Shown here: positions 16,026-23,035 of the stretch, one piece after another
Layout of the letters: every line of letters starts with the position of its first letter
Position numbering within the stretch: position 1 is the stretch's first letter
From: a virus
IMG/VR virus record: IMGVR_UViG_3300037789_000038
Coordinates: 1-38,018 of that record
Length of the DNA stretch: 38,018 bases
Strand: one strand, 5' to 3'
Program-made: the position numbers and the translations under genes
The notes under the pieces: model-generated
Databases searched by the model: none
Told to the model about the DNA's origin: nothing
Seen by the model: the letters and a program-made list of their open reading frames with translations, nothing else

Positions 16026-16268
16026 ATGCAATTGCAAAAACTTCACATCGAAAGAAACACCTGGGGAAGCCGTGAAGGTCTATTAGACGGCGCCATTACG
16101 CTGAAAGGTGAAAGCGGTGAAATTTCCCTGCCGCTGGACGATCAAATGGCGCAGCAGATCGTTGCTATTTGCGCCGAAGCAATGGTGCGCGTCACCAAAG
16201 AAACCGCCGAGAATATGACGGCCGAAATCATCGCTGCCACGCCCGCACTTGCGGCGCCGGCTGAATAG
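16026..16268 (+). CDS. hypothetical protein (80 aa)
   Basis: ATG at 16026 preceded by AAGGAGG. Confidence 0.55.
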   Translation: MQLQKLHIERNTWGSREGLLDGAITLKGESGEISLPLDDQMAQQIVAICAEAMVRVTKETAENMTAEIIAATPALAAPAE

Positions 16269-16277
16269 GGGGCCGAT

Positions 16278-16514
16278 ATGGATATGCTTCCCCACCAGCC
16301 CGCCGGCAATTGGATGACGCCCTATTTCTATATCATCGAGGAAGCCGGCACGTATGGCCGCGACCTTGGCGACGTGATTGCTGAGTTGAAGCGCACCGGC
16401 CACAAGGCGCCAGAAATTGAATACGCCCGCGACATGGCATCCGTGCATCTGAAAAAGCGCACGTTTGAAGTCGTCGCGCATCGCCGCGAACTAGCTGCGG
16501 AGCAAGCGGCATGA
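16278..16514 (+). CDS. hypothetical protein (78 aa)
   Basis: ORF in the operon with a purine-rich stretch upstream. Confidence 0.5.
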   Translation: MDMLPHQPAGNWMTPYFYIIEEAGTYGRDLGDVIAELKRTGHKAPEIEYARDMASVHLKKRTFEVVAHRRELAAEQAA

Positions 16515-16687
16515 GGATGGCAAAGGGCATTGCAAACATCGTCACCCGCCTACGCGCTGGTGAAACGCTCTATTCATGGGACGTGCATCATACGTCGCTG
16601 CGGCACGCGATCCGCAAAGGCTTAGTCGAGTGCGGCGATACTGATTGCCGTATTCGCTTGACCGACCAGAACGCGCAAGCGGCATGA
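16511..16687 (+). CDS. hypothetical protein (58 aa)
   Basis: ATGA overlap with the previous gene. Below the track cutoff. Confidence 0.4.
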   Translation: MRMAKGIANIVTRLRAGETLYSWDVHHTSLRHAIRKGLVECGDTDCRIRLTDQNAQAA

Positions 16688-16773
16688 CCAATTTCACTAT
16701 CAAATCTCTAATTGTCGGCGCTGCATTGCTCGCGCTTTTAATTGGAGCCTATTCATTGATGGAGGCGATATGA
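16684..16773 (+). CDS. 29-aa hydrophobic micropeptide (tentative)
   Basis: MTNFTIKSLIVGAALLALLIGAYSLMEAI, with ATGA overlaps at both ends. Confidence 0.3.
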   Translation: MTNFTIKSLIVGAALLALLIGAYSLMEAI

Positions 16774-17708
16774 TTTCTGAGCCAGGATTTTATGACATGC
16801 CAGAGGACGAGTATCACGCGGACCCGTGCCCGAAGCCTTCTTTGTCGTCATCCATTGCCAAAATGCTGGTGTCGATTAAGGACACGCCGCGCCACGCATG
16901 GCTACAGCACCCGCGCCTAAACCCAAACCATGACGCCGCACGCGCCTATAACAAGGCCCAGGCATTTGGCACAGTCTGTCACAAGCTGATGCTGCGGAAA
17001 GGTGGCGACGTAACGATCATCGAATATGACGATTTTCGGGGTAAAATAGCACAGAACGAGCGCGATGAAGCCGTGGCCGCCGGCAAGACGCCGATCCTAG
17101 CTGCAGACTACGCGAGCGCAGAGCAATTAGTGAAAGCCGGCCGGGCGCAACTACAGCGCCATGAGGACGCGGCAGACGCCTTTCAGACCGGCAAGCCTGA
17201 AATGACGGGGATATGGCGTGAAGGTGACGCCTGGGTACGTATGCGCCTGGATTGGCAACCTACCGGCGGAAATGTGCTCTACGATTACAAGACCGTCTCG
17301 GGCTCCGCTGCGGCCGACCAGTGGGTAAAGCAGGCGTTCGATCTTGGCAGCGATATTCAAGCGGCACTTTATAGTCGTGGGTGGCGCGCACTAACCGGAG
17401 TTGAAGGCGACGTTCACTTTCGCTTTGTCGTGCAGGAAATGGACCCGCCGTATGCTCTCAACGTCATTCAGTTTTCCGGCGCCGCGATGGCCTTGGCCGA
17501 AGCCAAAACCGCCGAGGCGATCCGCCGTTGGCAGTGGTGTATGAAGCACAACGCATGGCCGGGGCACCCGAAGCAGATATGCCATGTCGACGCACCAATT
17601 TGGCATGAGCGCGCCTGGGAAGATGTGAGCCTGCGGCGCGAAGTCGCAGACAAAGACCTGATGGAATTAGCAAACGATTGGCAAGCGCCATTGGAGGCAG
17701 CAGAGTGA
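16770..17708 (+). CDS. PD-(D/E)XK recombination exonuclease (DUF3799/RecE-like)
   Basis: GFYDMPEDEYHADPCPKPSLSSS at the N-terminus, then MRLDW and LYDYKT as the D...D-x-K motif. Confidence 0.75.
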   Translation: MISEPGFYDMPEDEYHADPCPKPSLSSSIAKMLVSIKDTPRHAWLQHPRLNPNHDAARAYNKAQAFGTVCHKLMLRKGGDVTIIEYDDFRGKIAQNERDEAVAAGKTPILAADYASAEQLVKAGRAQLQRHEDAADAFQTGKPEMTGIWREGDAWVRMRLDWQPTGGNVLYDYKTVSGSAAADQWVKQAFDLGSDIQAALYSRGWRALTGVEGDVHFRFVVQEMDPPYALNVIQFSGAAMALAEAKTAEAIRRWQWCMKHNAWPGHPKQICHVDAPIWHERAWEDVSLRREVADKDLMELANDWQAPLEAAE

Positions 17709-18781
17709 CATTCCAATTCAAACCCGCCGTGCGCGAAAATGTTGGCCTTCTAATCTCGTTTGCTGGTGGCACGGGGTCAGGCAAGACTTACAGCGCAATG
17801 GAATTGGCGCAAGGGATCGCCGGCGATAAACCGTTTGCCGTCATCGACACCGAGGCCGGCCGCGCCAAGCACTACGCCGACCAATTTAAATTCGATCATG
17901 GCGAACTACTCCCGCCATTCCGCCCTATGCGTTACCTAGAGGCAATCAAAGCCGCCGATGAGGCGGGATATCCCGTCATCGTCGTGGACAGCGCCAGCCA
18001 CGAACACGCAGGCGAAGGCGGCCTGCTAGACTACCACGACGAAGAACTAACCCGCATGGCCGGAGACGATTGGAAGAAACGCGAGCGCGTTAAAATGGCG
18101 GCCTGGATCAAGCCAAAGACGGAGCACAAGAAATTTGTGCAATCGCTCCTACAGGTCCGGGCCCACCTAATCCTATGCTTCCGCGCCGAGGAAAAGGTGG
18201 AAATGGCGAAGGACCAAAGCGGCCGCACGCAGATTGTTCCAAAGCAATCGCCAGTCGGGCTTAACGGCTGGATACCTATTTGCGAAAAAAACCTACCGTT
18301 TGAAATGACCGCCTCGTTTCTACTCACTGCCGATCAACCGGGCGTGCCCCGACCGATCAAACTGCAGGAACAACACAAATTTGCCTTCCCGCCGAACCAA
18401 AAGGTTAGCCGATCCGCTGGCGCGGCACTGGCACAGTGGGCAAAAGGCGCGCAATCCTCCCCCCAGGCCGAACTCCCGGGCCAGGGCAACTCAGGGGCCG
18501 GCAAACCCTCAGACCGTCAGGAAACCCTGCCTGAAACCGAGGACGCCGGCCCCAAATTTGTTATCCAAGGCAAGGAACTAAAGACCTTCGATAGCATCGA
18601 CGCATGGCACGCTGGCTGGATGGGGATTATCGACGCAGTGAAGGCAGATAGCCTTCCGGCCATCCTTGAGCGCAATAAGCCGCACTTGGAGGCGCTTTAT
18701 GCCATCGATCAATATCAGCCGAAGGTTGTCGCCGTCGAGGCCGAGATTGAAAACAAAATCGAAAGAGGGGATGCAGAATGA
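17705..18781 (+). CDS. Sak4-like AAA_24 ATPase (recombination)
   Basis: GTG start overlapping the previous TGA, with GGAGG 7 nt upstream. Walker A GGTGSGKT, then VIDTEAG and VVVDS. Confidence 0.75.
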   Translation: MTFQFKPAVRENVGLLISFAGGTGSGKTYSAMELAQGIAGDKPFAVIDTEAGRAKHYADQFKFDHGELLPPFRPMRYLEAIKAADEAGYPVIVVDSASHEHAGEGGLLDYHDEELTRMAGDDWKKRERVKMAAWIKPKTEHKKFVQSLLQVRAHLILCFRAEEKVEMAKDQSGRTQIVPKQSPVGLNGWIPICEKNLPFEMTASFLLTADQPGVPRPIKLQEQHKFAFPPNQKVSRSAGAALAQWAKGAQSSPQAELPGQGNSGAGKPSDRQETLPETEDAGPKFVIQGKELKTFDSIDAWHAGWMGIIDAVKADSLPAILERNKPHLEALYAIDQYQPKVVAVEAEIENKIERGDAE

Positions 18782-19113
18782 GTGCATGGCCGATCACGCT
18801 GCAAGAAGCCGCCGAACGCCTACACGCCTCCGAGCGATGGCTACGCGACCACATAAAGACCCACCCTTGCGGCAGAAAGGCAGGCAGGCGCATCATCTTC
18901 ACCGAGCATGATTTCAACCACCTGTTAGGAACGCTGCAATGTCTCTCAAACTCACAAAGCGCGGTGACACCTACTACGTCACCGGCACAATCGGCAACCA
19001 ACGCATCCGAGAAAGTGCGAAAACTTCTGATCGACGGAAAGCAGAAGGCTTGCTTGCGAAGAGAACACAAGAGGCCTGGAACCGTCATATCTATGGCGAG
19101 CGGGAAACGGTGA
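18778..19113 (+). CDS. xis: excisionase-like HTH_17 protein; C-terminal extent uncertain
   Basis: ITLQEAAERLHASERWLRDHI...GRRIIFTEHDFNHLL. ATGA overlap with the upstream gene. The last 175 nt overlap int in another frame. Confidence 0.6.
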   Translation: MSAWPITLQEAAERLHASERWLRDHIKTHPCGRKAGRRIIFTEHDFNHLLGTLQCLSNSQSAVTPTTSPAQSATNASEKVRKLLIDGKQKACLRREHKRPGTVISMASGKR

Positions 19114-19967
19114 CACTAGCCGAGGCCGCGCTGATTTACTGCAGTGGCCGCGAGTTTTCCCCTAGTTATTATGATTGCCTGCTAAAGATTACGGATCGAC
19201 TTGGCGCCCGCCCATTGAGCAGCATCGATCAGCGCACGATGGATGACTATATCGCCACCTACTACCCGTCAGCAAAGCCTGCGACGATCCAGAAGAACGC
19301 CATCACCCCAATTACTGCGATTATGACCGCCGGCGCCAAGCGTGGCTGGTGCGACGTGCCGAAGTTTGAGCGCCCGAAGCAATCTCGCGGCCGCCTGCGC
19401 TATCTCTCGCGGGATGAGGCTGACCGGCTGATTTCTGAGTGCGCCGATCACATTAAGCCGCTTGTTACCTTTCTCATTCACACCGGCGCCCGCCTTGGCG
19501 AAGCGCTTGACCTTACCTGGGATGATGTTGACCTGTCCCGCCGCTTTGTCACGTTTCACGAAACCAAGAACGAAGAAAGCCGCAGCATCCCCCTCAACGG
19601 CACGGCATTTATGGCACTGGCGAACCTACCCGAGCGCGAAGGCGTAGTGTTCCGCAATGACAAGGGCGATCCTTGGTCACGCAAGACCAGCAACCCCATG
19701 AAAACGGGATACAGCGCCGCCTGCCGGCGAGCCGGGATCAAGAATTTTACAGTACACGACTTGCGGCACACGTTTGCCTCATGGCTTGCGCTGGAGAATA
19801 AAAGCCTGCGAACGATTGCGGAATTGCTTGGACATAAAGACCTGAAAATGGTCATGCGATATGCCCACCTGTCGCCCGGGCACCTTAAAGAAGCCGTGAG
19901 TGCAATTGACACACCAGCGACACAGCGCGCCGGCGATCAAGTGCAATCAATTGAAGGAAAACAATAA
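18939..19967 (+). CDS. int: tyrosine integrase
   Basis: C-terminal HDLRHTFASWLA...LLGH...RYAHL catalytic pattern, and an N-terminus MSLKLTKRGDTYYVTG typical of phage integrases. Confidence 0.95.
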   Translation: MSLKLTKRGDTYYVTGTIGNQRIRESAKTSDRRKAEGLLAKRTQEAWNRHIYGERETVTLAEAALIYCSGREFSPSYYDCLLKITDRLGARPLSSIDQRTMDDYIATYYPSAKPATIQKNAITPITAIMTAGAKRGWCDVPKFERPKQSRGRLRYLSRDEADRLISECADHIKPLVTFLIHTGARLGEALDLTWDDVDLSRRFVTFHETKNEESRSIPLNGTAFMALANLPEREGVVFRNDKGDPWSRKTSNPMKTGYSAACRRAGIKNFTVHDLRHTFASWLALENKSLRTIAELLGHKDLKMVMRYAHLSPGHLKEAVSAIDTPATQRAGDQVQSIEGKQ

Positions 19968-19971
19968 AAAA

Positions 19972-20031
19972 TGGCAGAGCGCGTAATTGGTAAGGGGGAG
20001 GTCGTGAGTTCAAATCTCACCGGCAGCACCA
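19972..20031 (+). other. attP region carrying the 3' part of a tRNA-Thr(GGU) gene (not a functional tRNA)
   Basis: 19987..20031 reads as anticodon loop TTGGTAA, 3' anticodon stem GGGGG, variable AGGTC, T-arm GTGAG-TTCAAAT-CTCAC, acceptor CGGCAGC, then A-CCA. The 5' anticodon stem (CGTAA) cannot pair and no 5' acceptor strand is present. Confidence 0.8.
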
Positions 20032-20241
20032 CCAACCCCATTAAAAATAAACACTTTTTCGATTTCTGTAAAATCCGGCCGAAGCCCAATTCGGCAGGAA
20101 TTGTCAGAACATGGCGAGAACGTGCGTCAATAAGTGGCACAAAACTGACACACAAGTTGCCGTGCTGTTCTCGGGAAAAACCGCCAGAAAACATTTGGTC
20201 CGTCTACTCCCGGCTCATTCGCGGCTGATAGGAGCAAATAG

Positions 20242-20433
20242 ATGGCTGAGTGTGAATTTTGTAAGGGCAGCGGCAAGCTGCACCTGAAAACCAAAGGGTG
20301 GGATTATATGCCCTGCCTTGAGTGCAACGGCACTGGCATCCAGCATTGTTGCGAAGGTCTGCAAGCCGATCCAGTTGTGGATGCTGAGTGGCCCGACAAC
20401 CCCGCAGAAATCTCGACGTTTGGGAGGAAGTGA
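20242..20433 (+). CDS. DnaJ-type zinc-finger miniprotein (63 aa)
   Basis: Two CxxCxGxG motifs, CEFCKGSG and CLECNGTG. RBS AGGAG. Confidence 0.65.
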   Translation: MAECEFCKGSGKLHLKTKGWDYMPCLECNGTGIQHCCEGLQADPVVDAEWPDNPAEISTFGRK

Positions 20434-20639
20434 TGGCTGACAATATCCCTACTCGACTCCGCGTTCTAGCGATTTGGCATGACTTAAAAGACGACCAAAA
20501 CGGATATACAGGTCCGCGAGAGGTTCAAGACGATCTGCGAAAGGCGGCAGAGTTGATGGAAAAATACGTGCCGGAGCAAGAGATGGTCGGCGTCGAAATG
20601 ACTGACAACCCGCCCGAAATTCGGCGTGTTTCAACTTAA
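20433..20639 (+). CDS. hypothetical protein (68 aa)
   Basis: ATG at 20433 overlaps the previous TGA, with GGGAGGAAG upstream. Confidence 0.55.
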   Translation: MADNIPTRLRVLAIWHDLKDDQNGYTGPREVQDDLRKAAELMEKYVPEQEMVGVEMTDNPPEIRRVST

Positions 20640-20654
20640 CAAAGGAGAAATGGA

Positions 20655-20984
20655 ATGAGTATTGAAAATCTGACGATCAAAGAAGTACGAGAAATTGCCG
20701 CAATGCTTGGCGGTAAGTCACAAATAGAACAGCACCCGTGTGTTGGCAAAAAGGTTCTAGCGATCTTGCCGGGGCGGTTCATTTACATGGGTACTCTTGA
20801 ACAATCCGGCGAACACTACGTCCTAAGAGACGCGAAGAACATTCGCTACTGGAAAGAACGCGATAACGGTCTTGGCGGGTTGGCTGCAAAAGGGCCGATC
20901 TCTGGCGATAAGATCGATGACTGCCCGCCCGTTTGGTTCCGCGCCGATGAGGAAATCGCGCTCATGGAAGTGACCTATGAGTAA
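20655..20984 (+). CDS. conserved phage protein of unknown function (109 aa)
   Basis: RBS AAAGGAG. The layout IKEVREIAAMLGG...HPCVGKKV...G.L...GEHYVLRDAKNIRYW matches a widespread uncharacterised phage family (from memory). Confidence 0.6.
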   Translation: MSIENLTIKEVREIAAMLGGKSQIEQHPCVGKKVLAILPGRFIYMGTLEQSGEHYVLRDAKNIRYWKERDNGLGGLAAKGPISGDKIDDCPPVWFRADEEIALMEVTYE

Positions 20985-21270
20985 AGGCTACGGCTACGGC
21001 TACGGCTCCGGCTACGGCTCCGGCGACGGCGACGGCTACGGCGACGGCTCCGGCTCCGGCGACGGCTCCGGCTACGGCTCCGGCTACGGCTACGGCTCCG
21101 GCTACGGCTACGGCTCCGGCTACGGCTACGGCTCCGGCTACGGCTACGGCTCCGGCGACGGCTACGGCGACGGCGACGGCTCCGGCTCCGGCGACGGCTC
21201 CGGCTACGGCTACGGCTACGGCTCCGGCTACGGCTACGGCTGCATTATATGGGGCGAAAAACATGGTTGA
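20977..21270 (+). CDS. Gly-X dipeptide-repeat protein, (G-[Y/S/D])x42 then GC (97 aa)
   Basis: MSK, then 43 Gly-X units, then IIWGEKHG. Translationally coupled to both neighbouring genes. Confidence 0.6.
   Translation: MSKGYGYGYGSGYGSGDGDGYGDGSGSGDGSGYGSGYGYGSGYGYGSGYGYGSGYGYGSGDGYGDGDGSGSGDGSGYGYGYGSGYGYGCIIWGEKHG
20986..21243 (+). repeat. 258-bp hexamer array GGC-(TAC/TCC/GAC)
   Basis: 43 consecutive GGCNNC units with only one codon used per amino acid. Four perfect 18-bp GGCTACGGCTACGGCTCC units form the centre. Confidence 0.95.
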
Positions 21271-21493
21271 CGCACACCTCGTCTCAGACCTGATCCACAG
21301 CGTGAAGGTCAAAGGATTCTACGACCTTACAAATCAGGAAGTGGACACGCTGATCGCAGAGATCGAGCGGCTGCGGGCGGCGTTGGCCGACATACAACGT
21401 GAGGCATGCGCACTCGGCCCTGAATGGGCCAGTGATACAGCGTTTAATGCGCTTCAACCGGCGTCCCCCAAAGCTAACGGAGAGAGCGAATGA
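21263..21493 (+). CDS. hypothetical coiled-coil protein (76 aa)
   Basis: Start overlaps the upstream stop (ATGGTTGA). Confidence 0.55.
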   Translation: MVDAHLVSDLIHSVKVKGFYDLTNQEVDTLIAEIERLRAALADIQREACALGPEWASDTAFNALQPASPKANGESE

Positions 21494-21714
21494 GCAATAT
21501 GTCTTTATTTCAAGAAAGCCTGGATTGGCCATCCGATGCACATCAGTTAGTGCGGATCGCAATGGCCCGTCGCGCGGCGGCGGATAAGTTGGTTGAGCAA
21601 GCCAACGAAATGTACGCCGAGGCGAGCCAGATGGAGCGGTGTGCCAGGGCTTTGGGTGAACACGCAAACCGCAATTTGCCTACGTCCGAGAAACGAGGTA
21701 ACGATGCCAGTTAG
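21490..21714 (+). CDS. hypothetical protein (74 aa)
   Basis: ATGA overlap with the previous gene. Confidence 0.5.
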   Translation: MSNMSLFQESLDWPSDAHQLVRIAMARRAAADKLVEQANEMYAEASQMERCARALGEHANRNLPTSEKRGNDAS

Positions 21715-21862
21715 GCCGAAACCCGAAATGCAAGGGGAGGGTCAACGCATCTTAGAGGCGTGGAGCTTGCACCCTAAGCGATGCCCGAAACCGCCGAGCG
21801 ATACCGTGACCGATAGACGGATGGCGGTTGAACACGATGGAGGAAATGAACATGAAGTTTAG
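21704..21862 (+). CDS. hypothetical protein (52 aa, tentative)
   Basis: Internal ATG preceded by GAGG. Overlaps the upstream stop. Confidence 0.3.
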   Translation: MPVRPKPEMQGEGQRILEAWSLHPKRCPKPPSDTVTDRRMAVEHDGGNEHEV

Positions 21863-21953
21863 AGAACACCTTCGCCATAACTGGCGGCACCCGAAAGAGG
21901 CAATCATTTTCATTTTACTGACGGCTCTCGTCGTCAGCTTGGCTACACGATAA
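21852..21953 (+). CDS. 33-aa single-TM micropeptide (tentative)
   Basis: GGAGG lies 7 nt upstream. Sequence MKFREHLRHNWRHPKEAIIFILLTALVVSLATR. Confidence 0.35.
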   Translation: MKFREHLRHNWRHPKEAIIFILLTALVVSLATR

Positions 21954-21966
21954 GGAGCGTTGATCG

Positions 21967-22161
21967 ATGTTTGGGTGGTTCAAGAAAAAGAAGTCATACC
22001 GTGATCGGAAGATCGAACTGGAAACGCGGATCGAAGTCTGCAGACGCATGTCGTCGCTATCCGATAATCAGATGGACCGCCTGATCGATGCAGAGGTCGA
22101 GTTGAAGAAATTGCATCAGCAGTATGGCGGCGTTGCATCGCTCGCCAGCAAACGAAATTAG
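21967..22161 (+). CDS. hypothetical basic/coiled-coil protein (64 aa)
   Basis: Preceded by the TAAGGAGCG junction. Confidence 0.55.
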   Translation: MFGWFKKKKSYRDRKIELETRIEVCRRMSSLSDNQMDRLIDAEVELKKLHQQYGGVASLASKRN

Positions 22162-22177
22162 GAGAAGGAAACGGGCA

Positions 22178-22258
22178 ATGGATATGACCTACACGCGCAA
22201 GGTTCATGGATGGTGGCGGATATTCCGACTTACATCCTGGGATGATCCGGTTTGTTAG
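22178..22258 (+). CDS. 26-aa Trp-rich micropeptide (tentative)
   Basis: GGAGAAGGA lies 8 nt upstream. Sequence MDMTYTRKVHGWWRIFRLTSWDDPVC. Confidence 0.3.
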   Translation: MDMTYTRKVHGWWRIFRLTSWDDPVC

Positions 22259-22271
22259 GGGAGGGTGGATT

Positions 22272-22391
22272 GTGGCAGCAACATTGAAACAGTTACGGAA
22301 GCAACTCGGCAAAAAGAAAGTGCCGGTTGAAAAGCCTAAAAACTACGAGTTTGCAAAGAAGATTTTACAGCTCTTTGCATTAATTAGATAG
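22272..22391 (+). CDS. 39-aa Lys-rich peptide (tentative; alternative ATG at 22206)
   Basis: GTG start with GGGGAGGG 6 nt upstream. Confidence 0.3.
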   Translation: MAATLKQLRKQLGKKKVPVEKPKNYEFAKKILQLFALIR

Positions 22392-22405
22392 GAGGGTCGA
22401 AGCTA

Positions 22406-22576
22406 ATGGAACGCTACCTGACGATTGAAACGACGCGGACCTACCGCATCCCCGATGGGATGAAGGACGAAGATGCGCAGCGGGTTCTTGTTCACCCAGG
22501 CAGCGGCTTGGAACTTGTATCCGACGAAGAAACTGACCGGAACGTCTGGTCCGGCGACACATACAAAGGCCAATAG
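22406..22576 (+). CDS. hypothetical protein (56 aa)
   Basis: GGAGGG RBS. Below the track cutoff. Confidence 0.5.
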   Translation: MERYLTIETTRTYRIPDGMKDEDAQRVLVHPGSGLELVSDEETDRNVWSGDTYKGQ

Positions 22577-22769
22577 GGAGCGTTTAACGAGGCAGCGGCC
22601 AGACAACCTACGGCCAGCTATGAGGGCGACGAGTGAAGGCGATATCCGTAGTGCCACAACGAGCCCGAGCAACAGTAGCGAAGCACGGTTGAGGCAGAGC
22701 CAACTGCCATAAACAGGCCCGGTCGGGTGAGAGGCCCGACACGATTTAGGAAATAAGGAGCGTATTTCA

Positions 22770-23018
22770 ATGAGCACGATATGGGAAACCGAGGAACTGG
22801 CGCGACACTTATGCGGCGTCGATCCAGACGACGACCGCATAGATATTGACGACGAGTTATACGAAAAATTCGACGTTAATCTTGAACAGTTTCACAAGAT
22901 CGTATCGGCGCTTCTGCCGATGGCGATGGTGTCGGGACAAACAGTGAGCGGTGAGACCTATCAGGGTTTCGTCAACCGTGAGCGCAACTGCTTTTTAGTC
23001 AAGCAGCCAATTCAATAG
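22770..23018 (+). CDS. hypothetical acidic protein (82 aa)
   Basis: Preceded by the ATAAGGAGCG junction. Confidence 0.55.
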   Translation: MSTIWETEELARHLCGVDPDDDRIDIDDELYEKFDVNLEQFHKIVSALLPMAMVSGQTVSGETYQGFVNRERNCFLVKQPIQ

Positions 23019-23035
23019 GGGAGGCTGATACGCAC

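Noticed and set aside
19972-20031. Possible intact phage-encoded tRNA
   Set aside because: There is no 5' acceptor strand and the 5' anticodon-stem strand cannot pair. Only the 3' part is tRNA-like, so it was treated as attP homology.
19971-20228. 85-aa plus-strand ORF starting right after int
   Set aside because: Its 5' part is simply the translation of the tRNA-Thr-like attP segment. There is no RBS, and the rest is AT-rich att-arm DNA.
20986-21243. CRISPR-like or satellite array
   Set aside because: The unit is 6 bp with no spacers and keeps perfect codon phase inside a coupled ORF, so it is not a CRISPR array.
20962-21312. Minus-strand (Ala-Val/Ala-Gly) repeat ORF across the hexamer array
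   Set aside because: All six frames are open across the repeat. The minus ORF has no operon context, whereas the plus frame is start/stop-coupled to both neighbours.
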